Shown here: positions 60,904 to 64,000 of the stretch, in pieces
How the letters are laid out: each line of letters starts with the position of its first letter
Position numbering within the stretch: position 1 is the stretch's first letter
Source of the DNA: Candidatus Palauibacter sp.
GTDB taxonomy: Bacteria; Gemmatimonadota; Gemmatimonadetes; Palauibacterales; Palauibacteraceae
Reading direction: 5' to 3'
DNA length: 64,000 nucleotides
NCBI RefSeq assembly: GCF_965222475.1
Contig: NZ_CBDCUB010000006.1
Coordinates: forward strand, 129,893 to 193,892
Translations under genes and position numbers: made by a program
The notes under the pieces: model-generated
Database searches by the model: none
What the model was told of the DNA's origin: nothing
Seen by the model: the letters and a program-made list of their open reading frames with translations, nothing else

Positions 60904-62862
60904 ATGATGCGCGTCGGGGCCTTGGAGGCGCGCCGCTGGGCCGGCCTCGTGTTCGCAGCCGGACCCGAGGACGGCATCGGCCTCCGTCTCGTCTTCACCA
61001 CTCCCGGCGGCCGGCGCCGCGAGCTGGAGGACTGGTACTGGATGGTCTCCCGCGTCGGTCCCCACGCGCCGGACGGATGCTACGCGCGAATGGAGTTCGA
61101 CCTCGCCGCCGAGCCGTCGCCGGCGTCCCGCCCCGGAGAGGGTACGCTCACTCTGGAGTGGTCGCGCCGCGAAGACGCCGTGGCGCTGCGGGCGGTGGCG
61201 CGCGCGCCGGGCCGGGTGGAGCTGGTGGGCGACGATCCGTGGGGGTGGAAGGCACGGTGGGAGGAAGCTTCCGACGGCTGGCGCGCGACGCTTGGAAGCG
61301 TGGAGATCGCCGCCGTGTTCGGGCCTCGGACGGGGGAACGCGCGGCCACCGTGGTCGCTTGGGAGCCGAGGGGGGCGCCGTCTCGATCCGCAGCCGCCCT
61401 GGCTCGCGCCCAACGCCTTCTCCCTGGGCTGGACCGCTGGATCGACGACGCGCGCGCCGACTGGGACCGCCGCGGTCCGCGTTCGTCGGGTGCCGGGGAA
61501 GGACTGGTCGAAGCCGTCGCGGACAACCTGATGTGGACCGTCCTCCTCCAACCGGAAACCGGACGCCTGTACGCGCCGGCCGGCCGCCGCTGGATTTTTC
61601 CGAAGCCGGCGGACGGCGCACGGCAGGGCGCGTCGGCGCCCGACGATTGGACGGTCTTTGGGTGGGATTCCTTCTTCAATGCGCTCGCGCTCGCCACCGC
61701 GTCGGGGCGCCTGGCCTGGGACGTTCTCCTCGCCGGGCTCGAGTCGCGCTACCCGAACGGGAACGTGCCCAACTGGAGGAGCCGGCTCGGCGGCTCGCCC
61801 GATCGCTCCCAGCCCCCGGTCGGGTCCTTCGCGGCGCTGAAGCTGCATCTTACGTGCCCTGATGTGGACGCGCTGGCCGCCGCCTGGCCCGGGCTCCGAG
61901 CGTGGAGCGACTGGTGGGTGGCCGACAAGCGTGGACGCCCGCGGCGGGAGGGTCTCTCGCCGGGCCTGTTGGCGTGGGGCTCGGATGCGGCGCTGGTTCC
62001 GGGGCGCGAGCAGCTCCCGGAGTGGGAAGTGGGCGCGAACGGCCATCAGCGCGCGGCGTGGGAATCGGGCCAGGACGACCTGCCGCTGTGGGAAGAGGCG
62101 GAATGGGATCCTCGGCGGGAAGTCCTTGCCATGTCCGCCGTCGATCTGTGCAGCTACCGCGCCCTGGACCTGGAGTGCCTGTCGCGAATTGCCCGCATCC
62201 TGGGCGACCCGGCGGCCGCGCTACGGTTGGAGGCCGAGCGCGGCCGCCTCGTCGCGGCGATGAACGGGGTGCTGTGGTCCGACGCCGCCCGGCTCTACCT
62301 GGACGAGCTGCCTGCGGGTCAGTCTCCGCGCGTGGCGGCGTCGAATTTCCTTCCCTTGATTGCCGGCGTGCCGTCGGCGCGGCGGGCGCGGCGCATGGTC
62401 GGCGTGCTGTGCGATCCCGCGCGCTTCTGGGGACAATGGGTGCTGCCCACGATCTCGCGCGACGACCCCGCGTTCGACGACCAGCAGTACTGGCGCGGTT
62501 CCATCTGGCCGCCCATGAACTACCTCGTGCTGCAGGGACTGCGGCGCTACGGGTTCGACGAACTCGCCAGCGAACTCGCGTGGAAGGGGGCGCTCATGTT
62601 CCTGGCCGACCGCCGGCGCACGGGGTTCTGCCGCGAGAACTTCGACGCGCGCAGCGGCCGGGGGCGGGGCCGCCGCTTCCAGAGTTGGGGGCCGCTGTTC
62701 GCGCTGGGCGCCATCGAAGAGTTCGTCGACGCCTGTCCATGGCGCGGATTGCGCATCGGCTCCCGGCTGCCCGCGTTCGTCGCCCGCGAGGCCGCCGTCT
62801 GGGCCCGCATCGAAGGGCTCCGCGTGGCGGGTCGGGCGCGGACGGTCGAGCTGTCGCGATGA
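60904..62862 (+). CDS. GH63/MGH1-like glycoside hydrolase
   Basis: FGWDSFF, DRSQPPV, WESGQDD, YWRGSIWPPMNY, RENFD. Confidence 0.88.
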   Translation: MMRVGALEARRWAGLVFAAGPEDGIGLRLVFTTPGGRRRELEDWYWMVSRVGPHAPDGCYARMEFDLAAEPSPASRPGEGTLTLEWSRREDAVALRAVARAPGRVELVGDDPWGWKARWEEASDGWRATLGSVEIAAVFGPRTGERAATVVAWEPRGAPSRSAAALARAQRLLPGLDRWIDDARADWDRRGPRSSGAGEGLVEAVADNLMWTVLLQPETGRLYAPAGRRWIFPKPADGARQGASAPDDWTVFGWDSFFNALALATASGRLAWDVLLAGLESRYPNGNVPNWRSRLGGSPDRSQPPVGSFAALKLHLTCPDVDALAAAWPGLRAWSDWWVADKRGRPRREGLSPGLLAWGSDAALVPGREQLPEWEVGANGHQRAAWESGQDDLPLWEEAEWDPRREVLAMSAVDLCSYRALDLECLSRIARILGDPAAALRLEAERGRLVAAMNGVLWSDAARLYLDELPAGQSPRVAASNFLPLIAGVPSARRARRMVGVLCDPARFWGQWVLPTISRDDPAFDDQQYWRGSIWPPMNYLVLQGLRRYGFDELASELAWKGALMFLADRRRTGFCRENFDARSGRGRGRRFQSWGPLFALGAIEEFVDACPWRGLRIGSRLPAFVAREAAVWARIEGLRVAGRARTVELSR

Positions 62863-64000
62863 AGAGTGCGGGGCCGGGCCGCCGGCCGGAGCGGGCCACG
62901 CTGGTGATCCTCGCCGCCGGGCGCTCCACCCGGTTCGGTCGCGCCAAGCAGCTCGAGCCCTTGGGGCCGGGCGGCGCAGCGCTGCCCGAATACGCGATTC
63001 ACGACGCCTTGCGCGCGGGCTTCGGGCGCTTCGTGCTCGTGGTGAGGGAGAGCCAGCGCGACGAGTTCGAGGCGCGCCTGGGTCCGCTGCGAACGGCGGG
63101 GGTCGCGCTCTCCTTCGCCTGCCAGCGCCTTGCGCACGCCGACCTCGTGCCGCTCCCCCCGGCCGGGCGCGTCCGGCCCTGGGGCACGGGATTCGCCGTG
63201 CTGGCCGCGGCGGCCGCCCTGCCCCGCCGGGGGCCGTTCGCCGTCTGCAACGCGGACGACTTCTACGGGCGGGCCGCATACGAGAGCCTCGCGCGTGCCC
63301 TCGCGGCCCCTCCCCCGGGCGTCCGCGCCTTCACCGTCACCTACCCTCTGGCCGACACCCTGTCCACCTTCGGCGGCGTGTCGCGCGGCCTCTGCGAAAT
63401 GAAGCCGGACGGCACGCTGCTCCGCATGACTGAGGGCCTGGACCTGCGGCTCGAACCCGATGCGCAGCGGACGGGTTCTGGCGCCGAATCCGCCGCCGCC
63501 GCTGGTCGCAGCGCCGTCGTCGGGCGCACCGCAGCCGGGACGCCGATCCGCGTCGACGCGGACAGCCAGGCGTGCATGGGGCTGTGGGGGTTCTTCCCCG
63601 AGATCCTGCCGCTGCTGGCGGAACGCTTCCGCGCCTTCCTCGCCGCCTGCCCCGGGGCCGATGACGAGTTCTACCTCTCCGACGCCGTGAGCCACCTGGC
63701 CGCCGCCGGACGAGCGCGCTGCGGCCTTCCGCGCGCGGGCGAGGGTTGGATGGGGCTCACCTTCCCCGGCGATCGCGCGGGCGCCGCGGCCTCGCTCCGC
63801 CAACTGACCACGGCCGGGGCCTATCCCGCCGATCTCCGGACGTTGCCCGTACACCCGGAGTCGGCCCCGCGCGCGCAGGCCCCACCCGTCCGCCCGCTTC
63901 AGGCGCCGCGCCGAGGGGTCGCAATTGCTCCCGGGCGCATCAACCTGATCGGGGAGCACCTCGACTATAACGGCCTCTCCGTGCTCCCGATGGCGCTCGA
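62859..64000 (+). CDS. Sugar-1-phosphate nucleotidyltransferase fused in frame to a galactokinase-type GHMP kinase (runs off the right edge)
   Basis: ATG 62859; LVILAAGRSTRFG..KQL, PWGTG, NADDFYG, EFYL, WMGLTF; same frame APGRINLIGEHLDYNG from 63927. Confidence 0.88.
   Translation, partial: MKSAGPGRRPERATLVILAAGRSTRFGRAKQLEPLGPGGAALPEYAIHDALRAGFGRFVLVVRESQRDEFEARLGPLRTAGVALSFACQRLAHADLVPLPPAGRVRPWGTGFAVLAAAAALPRRGPFAVCNADDFYGRAAYESLARALAAPPPGVRAFTVTYPLADTLSTFGGVSRGLCEMKPDGTLLRMTEGLDLRLEPDAQRTGSGAESAAAAGRSAVVGRTAAGTPIRVDADSQACMGLWGFFPEILPLLAERFRAFLAACPGADDEFYLSDAVSHLAAAGRARCGLPRAGEGWMGLTFPGDRAGAAASLRQLTTAGAYPADLRTLPVHPESAPRAQAPPVRPLQAPRRGVAIAPGRINLIGEHLDYNGLSVLPMAL

Overview
High-GC bacterial chromosome segment. 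The gene repertoire (Ig-like/LRR/FG-GAP lipoproteins, VPS10-type hydrolase, tandem LuxR-type regulators, many TA modules) suggests a Gemmatimonadota, possibly sponge-associated, genome; this is inference only. 1-9.5 kb is a minus-strand housekeeping block (rarA, cca, SDR, alaS, recX, recA, dtd), followed by an AT-rich intergenic region with phased DnaA-box-like motifs (oriC candidate). Next come an SF1 helicase, a PLP decarboxylase, a DsbA-like protein, three LuxR-type paralogues and two FG-GAP/ASPIC-UnbV proteins. At 24475-25752 is an IS110 element whose CT cores, circle-junction promoter and bridge-RNA donor/target guides can all be read from the sequence; its target is a palindromic repeat with two more near-copies in the window. 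Then follow pntAB, a SelA-like Tat protein, a decayed Calx-beta-like protein, two VapBC pairs, secreted hydrolases and a GH63/ABC sugar locus. The sugar locus is split by a ~9 kb TA/defence island (hicBA, Xre-RES, brnTA, Gabija-like) in which most toxic components are deleted or truncated. The window ends in a nucleotidyltransferase-GHMP sugar kinase fusion. No rRNA, tRNA or CRISPR array was seen.
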